Source: an uncultured Coxiellaceae bacterium
GTDB lineage: Bacteria; Pseudomonadota; Gammaproteobacteria; DSM-16500
Direction of reading: 5' to 3'
Assembly: GCA_964578975.1 (NCBI GenBank)
Contig: CAZOFA010000001.1
Location: 4,111-68,110 of the forward strand
DNA length: 64,000 nt
Shown: positions 1 through 9,228 of the stretch, piece after piece
Numbering within the stretch: position 1 is the first letter of the stretch
Layout of the letters: each line of letters begins with the position of its first letter
Program-made: the position numbers and the translations under genes
The notes under the pieces: model-generated
Database searches by the model: none
What the model saw: only the letters and a program-made list of their open reading frames with translations
What the model was told of the DNA's origin: nothing

Positions 1-2279
1 AATTGATTTGCATTATTTCTTAAAATAATTTGATTAAAATTAATCTGGTCGTGAGAAGCATGCACGATAACAGGATATGTTTTTCCTAACATTGTAAATG
101 TTTGAAGTGTATTTTCATTAAAAAGCAATGATAAATTCTGCGTTATCGTGTCAATTGAAATACCTGCATGTGCTGCCTTTGCTCTATCAACCTCGATGAC
201 TTCTTGCGGTGTATTAAAATGCACATCTTGATCTAAAAATAAGAATTTTCCTGATTGCAGCGCATGATGTTTGATTTGTTCGCTGATGTCGTACAATTTT
301 TTATAATCTATCGAACTTTTCAGCACAAATTCAACCGGCAGTCCAGCATCGATGGGTAATGGACTTGGCTCAATGACCGTTGCTTGAATGCCCGTAATTG
401 CATTGATTTGTTCTTGTAATTGATTTAATAATCTTTGCCAATGTTTCGTTGGTTTAAACGTAATGAATGATAAAAACTGATGTTCATCAGGGATATTATT
501 AATATAAACGTAACGATCGATTTCTGCTTGATGGTGATAAACTGTATTGAGTTGTTGGGTGTAGCGCTGCAAATAATTTGTAGTTGTTGAGTTGGGCGCA
601 TTACCCATCACTTGCAGAAAGCCTTGATTTTCCCGTGGTAAAAGATTTTTGGTCACAACACTATATAAAAATACGCTGGCTAAGATTAAAAAGCCTATTA
701 CTAAAATCATTTTCAATTTTTTTTGTTGTAGTAGAGCAGCAAGCAAGGATAGATATTTTTTCTTAAGATAAGTAATTATTTTTTCGCTGACAGAAAGTGT
801 TATGCGTGTTTGCGGTAATAGTGTTGCACACATCATGGGTGATAAAATAATTGCAAGCACAGCTGAAATGATAACCGATAATGATAATGTCAACGCAAAT
901 TCAGCAGATAATTTTGTTGTTATTCCATTCACAACTATCAGTGGCAAATACACAACGCTTAAAATTAAACTCATGCTGATTAACGGCGCGATCATTTCTC
1001 GCGCGCCCTGCAACGCTGCCTCATCAAGTGACGCGCCTTGTTCTCGATAGCGATAAATATTTTCTAACATAATAATCGCATCATCCACCACCAGCCCAAT
1101 CGCCAGCACCATGGCGAGCAGTGTCACGACGTTCAGAGAACACTGAAAAACCCAGAGAAAAATACACACGCCAATTAATGATAATGGTATGGTGACCAAA
1201 GGAATTAGCGTGGCACGCATGCAGTTTAGGCTGCAATAAATAACAACTAAAATGATAAAAAAAGTCATGATGATGGTTATGCTTAATTCCGTGACGGCAA
1301 GATTGATATAACGACTGGCATCGTAAATGATGTTGCTGGTCATTGTGTTGGGTAAAAAAGTTTTACTCTGCGACAAAATAATTTTAATTTTTTTTGCAAC
1401 CCATAATGGATTGGCTTCCGGTAAAAGTTGGATAAAGAGCATTGTCGCAGGTAGTCCATTCACAATGGTTGTGATCTTATCCGAGTCGGCGCCGAGTGTA
1501 GCCATGCCAATATCGTTTAAACGGACTAAATGATTCGGTAACGCACGAAGAACGATATGATTAAACTGATTGACAGTGCTAAGCTCAGTGTCGGCAAATA
1601 AATCAGTTTGCGTATCCCTATTTTTATTGATGCCAGTGGCACTGATTATATTTTGGTTTTTGAGACTGTTCGCTACATCAAGTGGTGTTAAACCATGCAT
1701 CACAAGACGATTTGGATCAAGTGAGATGCGCATTGCATAATGCTCGCCCATGACTTGTGCCGCTGCGACACCTGGAATTAATTCTAATGATGGTTTTATG
1801 TAACGCTCCAAATAATCATTCATGGCTAATGGCGATAAACGAGCGCTGGTAAAAGCAATAATTGAAATTGGTTTATCATCCGCGGAAATTTTTTTTATGA
1901 CAGGCTCATCTGCTTCTCTCGGCAAATTTTGTCTGACTACCGCAATTTTTTGTATCACATCATTCAGCGCTAAAATTGAAGATTCTCCTAATTCAAAATG
2001 CACTTGAATATTGCTTTGTCCGCTACGACTTGAAGAAGTGAGATAGTCAATTCCATCGATTCCCGCCAACGCATCTTGCAACACATTTGTAATAGCGTCT
2101 TCCACCACATTTGCTGAAGCACCTTGATACAAAGTTGTGATATCAATCACAGGAATATCGATTTTTGGCATTAAACGTATGGGCAAATGAAACAACGCCA
2201 TGCCACCCACTAACAAGATAAAAATACATAAAGTCAGCGACAGTACCGGTTTATGAATAAAATAATCAGTAAAATGCAT
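1..2279 (-). CDS. RND (AcrB/HAE1-type) efflux permease; 3' end cut by window edge, about 759 N-terminal codons present
   Basis: Absent from the ORF track because it runs off the window. My minus-strand translation from ATG 2279-2277 reads MHFTDYFIHKPVLSLTLCIFILLVGGMALFHLPIRLMPKIDIPVIDITTLYQGASANVVED... and stays open to position 1. It contains an RND TM4-type segment, AMVLAIGLVVDDAIIMLENIYRY. The start overlaps the adaptor gene stop (TGATG). Confidence 0.85.
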   Translation of the reverse strand, partial: MHFTDYFIHKPVLSLTLCIFILLVGGMALFHLPIRLMPKIDIPVIDITTLYQGASANVVEDAITNVLQDALAGIDGIDYLTSSSRSGQSNIQVHFELGESSILALNDVIQKIAVVRQNLPREADEPVIKKISADDKPISIIAFTSARLSPLAMNDYLERYIKPSLELIPGVAAAQVMGEHYAMRISLDPNRLVMHGLTPLDVANSLKNQNIISATGINKNRDTQTDLFADTELSTVNQFNHIVLRALPNHLVRLNDIGMATLGADSDKITTIVNGLPATMLFIQLLPEANPLWVAKKIKIILSQSKTFLPNTMTSNIIYDASRYINLAVTELSITIIMTFFIILVVIYCSLNCMRATLIPLVTIPLSLIGVCIFLWVFQCSLNVVTLLAMVLAIGLVVDDAIIMLENIYRYREQGASLDEAALQGAREMIAPLISMSLILSVVYLPLIVVNGITTKLSAEFALTLSLSVIISAVLAIILSPMMCATLLPQTRITLSVSEKIITYLKKKYLSLLAALLQQKKLKMILVIGFLILASVFLYSVVTKNLLPRENQGFLQVMGNAPNSTTTNYLQRYTQQLNTVYHHQAEIDRYVYINNIPDEHQFLSFITFKPTKHWQRLLNQLQEQINAITGIQATVIEPSPLPIDAGLPVEFVLKSSIDYKKLYDISEQIKHHALQSGKFLFLDQDVHFNTPQEVIEVDRAKAAHAGISIDTITQNLSLLFNENTLQTFTMLGKTYPVIVHASHDQINFNQIILRNNANQ

Positions 2280-3292
2280 CACGATGTTTTCACCATAATG
2301 TTAATGGCTTCACCATCGAACAATTTTTCCGCTCCGACACTGACGACACGATCGCCTGGATTTATTCCCTGATGAATGATCGCATAATTGTGTGTGATTA
2401 CTGCATCCACTGCTTTGAGCTGTACACGATTATTTTGTACGACAAAAACTGCACTGCCCTTTTGATCATACGTGATAGCAGTCGCGGGAACTGTAAGCAC
2501 ATTTTTTTGGCTTAAGTCTAAATAGGCAGTCACAAATTTTCCCGCCACTAGAGAATGATGATCATTATTTAAAATGACACGCGCGGTTAACGATTGGGTG
2601 GCATTATCAATTTGCGAATCAAATGCAACAATTTTACCTTCATTGTCGTTGGGTTCTTGAAGATGCACCGTTTGCCCGATATAAACTTGATTAATATTAT
2701 TTTCGGGTATCGTTACATCAAGCAACATCGCATCATTACGCGCGAGTGTCACCAGTATTCTTCCCGACTCAATATGCTGTCCTACGCTAATTTGTTTTAT
2801 TCCTAACACACCATCGAAAGGTGCTTGAATGAATTTTTTATTTAATGCTATTTGTAATTGGTGTTGTTTCGCTTTTTCTTGTGCAAGATCGGATGTCAGT
2901 TTATCGAGATTATCTTGGGCAATAATGCCTTGTTGCGCGAGCTTTTGATAACGCTGAAAATTTTTCTCTAAATATTTTAATTTCGCAATTATTTCATCGA
3001 TTTCAGCCGAAATTTTTTCATGATCTAACAAAAAAAGCATGTCGCCTTGATGAACAAACTGCCCAGATTTAAAAAATATTTTTGTGACGATACCAGGATC
3101 CTCAGCAACAATATCCACCGATTGAATTGCTTTCATGACGCCCTGGACTGGAAGATATTGATGAAGACGCGTCATGGTTGCACTGGCAATCTCAACGGCG
3201 GGAAATATATTTTGTTTTGGATAAGAAGTATGAATTTTATTTTTAAAAAATAAAATCGAAAAAATCACTGCTATAATTATTAAAATACGCAT
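2279..3292 (-). CDS. RND efflux periplasmic adaptor (HlyD/AcrA membrane fusion protein family)
   Basis: N-terminal membrane anchor MRILIIIAVIFSILFF. Long coiled-coil hairpin (EIDEIIAKLKYLEKNFQRYQKLAQQG...LAQEKAKQHQLQIALNK) followed by IQAPFDGVLG, typical of MFP lipoyl/beta-barrel domains. Lies directly upstream of the RND pump and overlaps it. Confidence 0.85.
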   Translation of the reverse strand: MRILIIIAVIFSILFFKNKIHTSYPKQNIFPAVEIASATMTRLHQYLPVQGVMKAIQSVDIVAEDPGIVTKIFFKSGQFVHQGDMLFLLDHEKISAEIDEIIAKLKYLEKNFQRYQKLAQQGIIAQDNLDKLTSDLAQEKAKQHQLQIALNKKFIQAPFDGVLGIKQISVGQHIESGRILVTLARNDAMLLDVTIPENNINQVYIGQTVHLQEPNDNEGKIVAFDSQIDNATQSLTARVILNNDHHSLVAGKFVTAYLDLSQKNVLTVPATAITYDQKGSAVFVVQNNRVQLKAVDAVITHNYAIIHQGINPGDRVVSVGAEKLFDGEAINIMVKTS

Positions 3293-3302
3293 GACAACTC
3301 TC

Positions 3303-4829
3303 TTATTGATTTTGTAAATATTGTTGTTTTAATAAAATTTTATCGATTTTTCCGTTGATGTTTTTAGGTAGCTCATGCATGAGAACAATGTCATGCGGCC
3401 AATGAGATCGTGCTAATTCATTTTTGCAATGTTGCAAAACTTGCCCTTTGAGTTCAGCTTCATGATTTTTGACGGTCATAAAAACAATAATGGATGCGCC
3501 CAACATATCATCTGGAATATCAATGACCGCAACTTCTATGGTGGATGGAAATAAATAAATGGTTTTTTCAATTTCTTTTAAACTGACTTTTTCGCCATAA
3601 CTTTTAATCGTTTCATCCATTCGACCGCAAAAATAAAAATATCCTTCTTCATCCATGTAGCCATAATCACCGGTATATAACACTTTTTCGCCGGGTAATA
3701 ATCCATCTTTAAGTGCCTTGGCGGATTCCACCGGATTATTCCAATACCCTTGCATCACGGTGGCACCACGTATCACCAGTTGTCCGGTTTGATGGTGATT
3801 TAATTTTTGATCTAGATCATTCACGATCCACATTTCAGTATTGGGTATTGCGATACCGACACTATCTGATTTTTTTGTAATATCCTCAGGCGGCAAATAA
3901 GTACAACGTTTACATTCTGTTAATCCATACATTGAAAAAATTTCAGCACGAGAAAATAAATTTTTAATGATGTCGATATGACGAAATAATAATGCGGCAC
4001 CCGTGTTGGTCACGCAGCGTATTGTGCTTAAATCATATGACACTTTGGGCGCATGATTTGCCAAAATAGAAAACATCGTTGGCACCCCGGGAAGCAACGT
4101 TGCTTTTTCCTCAGCGATTTTTTTTAAAAACTGGAGTGGCCAAGTGAAATCTTTTTCTAGAATTAACGTCGCACTTGCTTGAAAAGCTAATATCATTTGA
4201 TACAGCCCGTAATCAAATGACATGGGCAACGCAGAAATCAAGATGTCCGCAGGGTTTAAATTCAGATATTTATGAATTGAATGAGATGCTGCAAGCATAT
4301 TTCGGTGCGTTAACATGACCCCTTTCGGTGTGCCGGTTGAACCTGACGTGTAGACAATGGTTGCTAAATCGATGTCAATTGTTTTTCGTTTTGGTCTATT
4401 ATTTTCTGACTTTTGCATTTGGGTAAAACATTCAGAATCAACTAAGATGATTTTGTTTAACGAGGTTTGCAATTTATTTATTTCATCATAAACAAATTTG
4501 TCTTTAACGAATAAAAATTTTGCGCCAGAATTTTTTATTATAAAAGTAAGTTTGTTGAGAGGAACACCTGAATTAATGATCGAAACCACCGCATTGGCTT
4601 TTAACACAGCCCAAAATAAAATTACGGTTTCTATTCGATTGTCTAAATATAAAAGTACTCGTTCTCCACGCTGCAGATTCATTTTGCATAATGCATGGGC
4701 TAAACAATTTGCTTGCTGCTCAATCTCGCCATACGTTAAACGTTGATTGCCAAAAATAATGGCGACTTTGTCTGGATAATGTTTTTTGGAATACTCTAAA
4801 TAATCGACTAAATGAGTTGGAACAAACAT
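3303..4829 (-). CDS. Stand-alone adenylate-forming enzyme (ANL superfamily; acyl/aminoacyl-AMP ligase loading a carrier protein or CoA)
   Basis: Motifs VYTSGSTGTPKGV (A3), MSFDYGLYQ (A4-like), YGLTE (A5), YTGDYGY (A7), GRMDETIKSYGEKVSLKEIE (A8), NGKIDK (A10). I place the start at MFVPTHLVDYLE (ATG 4829-4827). The track's longer 4949 start overlaps the upstream transporter gene. Confidence 0.85.
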   Translation of the reverse strand: MFVPTHLVDYLEYSKKHYPDKVAIIFGNQRLTYGEIEQQANCLAHALCKMNLQRGERVLLYLDNRIETVILFWAVLKANAVVSIINSGVPLNKLTFIIKNSGAKFLFVKDKFVYDEINKLQTSLNKIILVDSECFTQMQKSENNRPKRKTIDIDLATIVYTSGSTGTPKGVMLTHRNMLAASHSIHKYLNLNPADILISALPMSFDYGLYQMILAFQASATLILEKDFTWPLQFLKKIAEEKATLLPGVPTMFSILANHAPKVSYDLSTIRCVTNTGAALLFRHIDIIKNLFSRAEIFSMYGLTECKRCTYLPPEDITKKSDSVGIAIPNTEMWIVNDLDQKLNHHQTGQLVIRGATVMQGYWNNPVESAKALKDGLLPGEKVLYTGDYGYMDEEGYFYFCGRMDETIKSYGEKVSLKEIEKTIYLFPSTIEVAVIDIPDDMLGASIIVFMTVKNHEAELKGQVLQHCKNELARSHWPHDIVLMHELPKNINGKIDKILLKQQYLQNQ

Positions 4830-6112
4830 TACAATCTCCTTAAAAATAAAATGGGATAAAAGATAACGACAACGAAGAATGAGAAAAAATTGATGTGCGA
4901 GATAATATGAAAAAAACTGGTATAGTTGGGTTGTGATAGCAAAATCCATTTTCCGATGAGACCAATACTAGAAAAATAAAGAAGATTGATGATTAATACG
5001 TATATGCCATAACCGATTTGTTCAAGCAGTGTGGTGAATGCAATCAGAGGGCCCAATACAAAATATGAAGATGCAACGCAATGAAAATATTGGATAGCAG
5101 TTTGATAAATCATCCCCGTTGGCATGAATAAATGAACGATATGACTTGAATCATAATACATTACTATTGCTATGAACCCATAAAAGACGAAGCCAATTAA
5201 CATTCCGCCAGAGATAGAATATTTCTGCTTGAGTAAAATTGCCATTGCGCTTCCTAAACCTATTGCCGGTAAAATCAGAATGGCCTGCAGACGACAAGCC
5301 ATTCCATACCCTGAAACAACGTCGATGCCAAATTTTGTTAACAGAGAATTAAAAATTGCGTAGCCGCTGAAGATGACTAAATAGGAAAAGAAGATGGGTA
5401 AACCTATTTTGCTAAACGATTGGATGACTGAAGTAAAGTTGTTCTCGCAGCGATTGGAATCTATTCTGAATGGATCTGCGCCTGGTCGTGGATGAAAAAT
5501 TCTTCTTTGTAGAAATTTCAACATTAATATGGCGCAGATAATATTGGCAACACCCAATGCATTAATCAAACTCGATAAACCTTCGTTCCCGCATTGCATT
5601 TGCACTATCAATAGCATCAGCGCCATCAAACAAGTGAATGCCTGGAAAACAAATGATGCTTTCGCACAGCGCGCGCTAAAAATAATTGCATTAAAAATAC
5701 TATTGATTGAAATAATGATATTTAGCCACACCATATCTGTATTAAAGTGCTGAAATCGATTTGTTAAATGCGCATCGACATGCAAATGAAACGCAAACCA
5801 ATTATCAGTCAAATGAAAAAAACAAATAAACAACCCACCCACCATTAATGCCAACACCACAAAATTTTTTATCATGTATTTTAATTGTGAAACATCAAGA
5901 CGGGATGTAATTGCAATCGTTGTGGATTTAAATGATTCTTGTATCGAGAGTAATACATAATAAATAGGTGAAAAAATTGCGAGAATATATAAATCATTTT
6001 TATCATATTTTGCGAGATATTGCGCATTGATGAATCCCCCAACGTTTAGCAACAGACTTGCCGTGGTCATGGACAACATCAATTTAATCAGAGCATAAAT
6101 GCAACTTATCAT
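4829..6112 (-). CDS. Polytopic membrane protein, MATE/MOP-superfamily-like exporter
   Basis: 427 aa, hydrophobic throughout with about 12 predicted helices. The N-terminal pattern LLLNVGGFINAQYLAKYDKNDLYILAIFSPI resembles the MATE first repeat. The start overlaps the ACAD stop (6109/6112). Confidence 0.5.
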   Translation of the reverse strand: MISCIYALIKLMLSMTTASLLLNVGGFINAQYLAKYDKNDLYILAIFSPIYYVLLSIQESFKSTTIAITSRLDVSQLKYMIKNFVVLALMVGGLFICFFHLTDNWFAFHLHVDAHLTNRFQHFNTDMVWLNIIISINSIFNAIIFSARCAKASFVFQAFTCLMALMLLIVQMQCGNEGLSSLINALGVANIICAILMLKFLQRRIFHPRPGADPFRIDSNRCENNFTSVIQSFSKIGLPIFFSYLVIFSGYAIFNSLLTKFGIDVVSGYGMACRLQAILILPAIGLGSAMAILLKQKYSISGGMLIGFVFYGFIAIVMYYDSSHIVHLFMPTGMIYQTAIQYFHCVASSYFVLGPLIAFTTLLEQIGYGIYVLIINLLYFSSIGLIGKWILLSQPNYTSFFHIISHINFFSFFVVVIFYPILFLRRL

Positions 6113-7239
6113 GTCGGTAATCCTGTCACAAAATTCATCCCCAACGAATCAGTGCGATAAGCATTAAAAATATTTATTTTCTGAATATTCTCGGTTCCTT
6201 CCATAAATTCAAATCCATAAGCATCTCGATACCATTTTTCAAGGTAGGGATGTTCGACGAGAAAAAATTTTCCCATTAAATTTGGAATGGAATTTACAAT
6301 GGTTTCAATTGTGAAAGTTGCTTTTACTTTTGCGAGAGAAGAGAGCCCACTATTGAAAGGATTTTTTTCGACTTGCTCTGCAGCTGAATAAATTAGATTT
6401 TTTGCATCCACAATCATTCGATTAAATGAGTTAAGTTTTTTGTGCGCTTCTTTGTGATGAAATGGAATTACCACAGACAGGTAATCAACAATCGCATCTG
6501 CCACTCCGATCGCTAATGCACCAACACATGGACGCATACGATTAAATGTTTTAATCAGTGCAGCCATGCCCCGTTTCATTGGTTTTAAATGTAAACCCAA
6601 CACGTTTTTATCAGTGAGCAACACATCACGAAAAATTAACCGTCCTAATCTTGCCCCTTTTAAACCGACCATGGGCAACAGGCTACGTTCAATGGGGTGA
6701 TCATGATTATTTTTCAAAATACTTTGTGTTAATAATACAGCGCACACCCCTAAAGGTTTGTCGCTTTCACGTGCAATGACAACACCAATCGTGCCTGATG
6801 CACCATGTCCTACCAACCATTTTTCACCTGTTAGCCTGCTTTTCGCCGTCAATGTGGTTTTCATTTGACTTAAGTTAGAACCACATTGAGGTTCGGTAAC
6901 CGCCAAAAAAGTTCTTGCTTGTGTTTTTTGCACATAGTGATGAAAAAAATATTTTTGCGCGTCGTTACCAACTTCATCTACGATCATGCCGGCGAGTGAT
7001 GGCCCTGGACACGCCAATAAAACTCCTGCATCACCATATCCTAACGCTTCATAAATTTTGGCACGTTGCAGACAGGTTTGACTCGTGGCAAAAAGTGCAT
7101 TTTGCATGAATTGAAAATGCATATATTGCATAATTGCTTCAGGATTTTCTTCTACTTCAAATGCTTTCGCACGAAATAAACGAATCGCGTCAGAGAAAGC
7201 ATAATCGAATTTTTCTAATTTCAATGCATCATTTATCAT
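6109..7239 (-). CDS. Acyl-CoA/acyl-carrier-protein dehydrogenase (ACAD family flavoenzyme)
   Basis: FLAVTEPQCGSNLSQMKTT (ACAD signature TEPxxGSxxxxxxT) and a C-terminal FMEGTENIQ matching the YEGTxxIQ catalytic-base region. 376 aa is a typical ACAD length. Confidence 0.8.
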   Translation of the reverse strand: MINDALKLEKFDYAFSDAIRLFRAKAFEVEENPEAIMQYMHFQFMQNALFATSQTCLQRAKIYEALGYGDAGVLLACPGPSLAGMIVDEVGNDAQKYFFHHYVQKTQARTFLAVTEPQCGSNLSQMKTTLTAKSRLTGEKWLVGHGASGTIGVVIARESDKPLGVCAVLLTQSILKNNHDHPIERSLLPMVGLKGARLGRLIFRDVLLTDKNVLGLHLKPMKRGMAALIKTFNRMRPCVGALAIGVADAIVDYLSVVIPFHHKEAHKKLNSFNRMIVDAKNLIYSAAEQVEKNPFNSGLSSLAKVKATFTIETIVNSIPNLMGKFFLVEHPYLEKWYRDAYGFEFMEGTENIQKINIFNAYRTDSLGMNFVTGLPT

Positions 7240-7251
7240 GTCAACCTCATT

Positions 7252-7956
7252 TTAATAAAAATAAATATCTCGGAAGTATTCAAACACCATGATCATCTCC
7301 ACAATATTTCCTGACAAAAAGGCTCTGCCGCCATGCAACTTTGCTAAAAGTTGATTTGCGGTTTTTAATTCATTGATCGCGCGTAATTGATAATCTTTTT
7401 TTTCATTTGACTGTGATTGCTCAGAACGGATTTTGTAATCGGTTGCGGCTTTAATGTGGATGACAACATTGCCTAACATGACTTGAATGATTTCTTTATT
7501 AATTAACGTGTGTTGAGCAGTTTTTCGATTTTTTAAATAGTCATAAACGATATTTAAAAATTCAGTTGCCCAACATAATTGAATATCGATAATCATTTTT
7601 TTGAATTTAATCAAAATATCAATCTGGTTATGTTCTGAAAAAATCATTTCAAATAATGTTTCACAATAGCCAATTTTAAGTTGATGTTTTTCCAGCAGCG
7701 TACATTTGATAAATCGGCACGTTTCTTGTTTTACTTTATAACAGTACTGATCTGAAATTAACGTCAACGTTTCTCGAGTTAATGCATTTTTATGTAAAAT
7801 AAAATAGTTACCGCAAATAATGCTATCGACACCTTGATCTTCACAGAGCTTAAACAGTTGCTCATTGTTAAAATTAAGATTAAACCGATGGTAACCTAAA
7901 TCGCCTTTATCTACCGATGCAGCAACTGTTTCCAAACTTTTTTTTGTTGATTTCAC
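7252..7956 (-). CDS. Hypothetical protein, possibly a degenerate ACAD C-terminal-domain-like partner
   Basis: 234 aa with no clear catalytic motif. The tail QLLAKLHGGRAFLSGNIVEMIMVFEYFRDIYFY loosely resembles the ACAD C-terminal helical bundle (GGxGy...RD). It is translationally coupled to its neighbours. Confidence 0.3.
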   Translation of the reverse strand: MKSTKKSLETVAASVDKGDLGYHRFNLNFNNEQLFKLCEDQGVDSIICGNYFILHKNALTRETLTLISDQYCYKVKQETCRFIKCTLLEKHQLKIGYCETLFEMIFSEHNQIDILIKFKKMIIDIQLCWATEFLNIVYDYLKNRKTAQHTLINKEIIQVMLGNVVIHIKAATDYKIRSEQSQSNEKKDYQLRAINELKTANQLLAKLHGGRAFLSGNIVEMIMVFEYFRDIYFY

Positions 7957-8807
7957 AAACTTCTCCTTAATAACACATATCCTATATCTGTTGTTTCTAC
8001 ATCTTCATCGAGCATTAAAATCCAAGACTGTTTTGTCTCGGTTAAATCTTGTAAATACGAAAACAAGGGAAAATTTCCTGGTAAATTGGCAATAGCTGTC
8101 GTTTGCATACCGGGAAAATCACGATGAATATTTTTTAACGCTAATTGCAGTGAACTATTATTTTTAACAATGACATTTAATGTATGATACGAAATATGAT
8201 GATAAGCACATTGCTCCATAATGAATTGATCAAGCCCTGCGTTTGATCGAATTCCCGACGATAAAATTTGATGATGATTTTCTTGATTTTCTTTGTTACT
8301 TGAAATCATTAACCCAAAAGAAGCATTCTGCGTAGGCAATTGACAGGCGTGTACCGCGCCTGGAATACTGGTTTGTTCCATCATTAATAACAATGCATGC
8401 CGAGCAGGACTGTTTTGCAAATATTTTTTTGCAACATCAAGTGCGGTAAAAAATCCCAACGCACCTTGATCACCAATATCAAATATTTTTCCTTTGAATT
8501 GAAATTGATGTGTGAAATACGCACCAGTACTGCAATAATCGGGATCAAATTCGTGTGCCCATGCGACAATTATCAATAAATCAATTTCTTTAATTAAATC
8601 ATCATAGGCATATTTTGTTAAAACACCTTTCCCTAATTCGACATAGGAATATTGTGATCCTGTCAGAAATGTTTCATCTAATAATGATTTATTTTGTCGC
8701 GCATATAAATCATGATAATAAGTGATAAATCTTTTACGCGGCATGCGCGCTGTTCGCGTTTCATAATGAATTAAATAATGATTTGCAATATGTATTGAAC
8801 TATTCAT
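7953..8807 (-). CDS. Thiolase-fold (KAS III-like) protein lacking the nucleophilic Cys
   Basis: IDLLIIVAWAHEFDPD...KGKIFDIGDQGALGFFTALDVAKKYLQNSPARHALLLMMEQTS follows the KAS III pattern (LIVAT.TPD...FDI..aCsGF..AL..A...I.....ALVV..E..S). The position of the active-site Cys reads GALGF. Confidence 0.4.
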   Translation of the reverse strand: MNSSIHIANHYLIHYETRTARMPRKRFITYYHDLYARQNKSLLDETFLTGSQYSYVELGKGVLTKYAYDDLIKEIDLLIIVAWAHEFDPDYCSTGAYFTHQFQFKGKIFDIGDQGALGFFTALDVAKKYLQNSPARHALLLMMEQTSIPGAVHACQLPTQNASFGLMISSNKENQENHHQILSSGIRSNAGLDQFIMEQCAYHHISYHTLNVIVKNNSSLQLALKNIHRDFPGMQTTAIANLPGNFPLFSYLQDLTETKQSWILMLDEDVETTDIGYVLLRRSL

Positions 8808-9067
8808 GTGATTTTTTCTCTGAGTTGACGATTGATATATTGCATAATAGTTTTTACGCTGGTTAAATCATCCATATTGAGTTCATCAGGATCGACGATA
8901 AAACCTTCGATGACTTCTTCGAGTGCCATTAAAAAAGTGAGGGAAGTGATGGAGTCGAGACCGAGGTCGTCGCGGAGTTTTGTTTGTTCGGTGATGTGCT
9001 CTATGATTTTTCCGTTTAAGGATTTTGAGAGAGCGAGTTTGATTTGTTCGATGAGGTTGGGTTTCAT
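8804..9067 (-). CDS. Acyl/peptidyl carrier protein
   Basis: 87 aa, acidic, with the phosphopantetheine attachment motif DDLGLDSITSLTFLMALEE. Confidence 0.85.
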   Translation of the reverse strand: MKPNLIEQIKLALSKSLNGKIIEHITEQTKLRDDLGLDSITSLTFLMALEEVIEGFIVDPDELNMDDLTSVKTIMQYINRQLREKIT

Positions 9068-9105
9068 GGGGGCTCCTTAAAAAAATGAAAATTAATTTTT
9101 TGATA

Positions 9106-9150
9106 CTGGATTGCCACGCCCACAAAAAACGTGGGCTCGCAATGACGACG
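9106..9150. repeat. Solo half-copy of family-B palindromic element (ctggattgc...ctcgcaatgacgacg) with an internal small hairpin gcccac/gtgggc
   Basis: Matches the right arm of the long hairpins at 23514-23596 and 41881-41972. Lies in the 161-bp gap between the carrier-protein and decarboxylase genes. Confidence 0.6.
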
Positions 9151-9228
9151 GGGTGATGCTGGATGGTTAGTCAAAAAAGAAGGGCTGTAATGACGATGAG
9201 GATTGAATTGAAAATATTTTAGACGTGC

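Noticed and set aside
4830-4949. 40-codon N-terminal extension of the adenylating enzyme ORF
   Set aside because: It lies entirely inside the 3' end of the upstream MATE-like gene. The ANL enzyme alignment begins at MFVPTHLVDYLE, whose ATG abuts the upstream stop like the other coupled junctions in the operon.
8886-9125. 79-aa minus-strand ORF rich in Arg/His/Pro, overlapping the carrier-protein gene out of frame
   Set aside because: The alternative frame encodes a textbook ACP with the DSI attachment site. The overlapping frame is low-complexity and runs into the repeat fragment, so it is a chance ORF.
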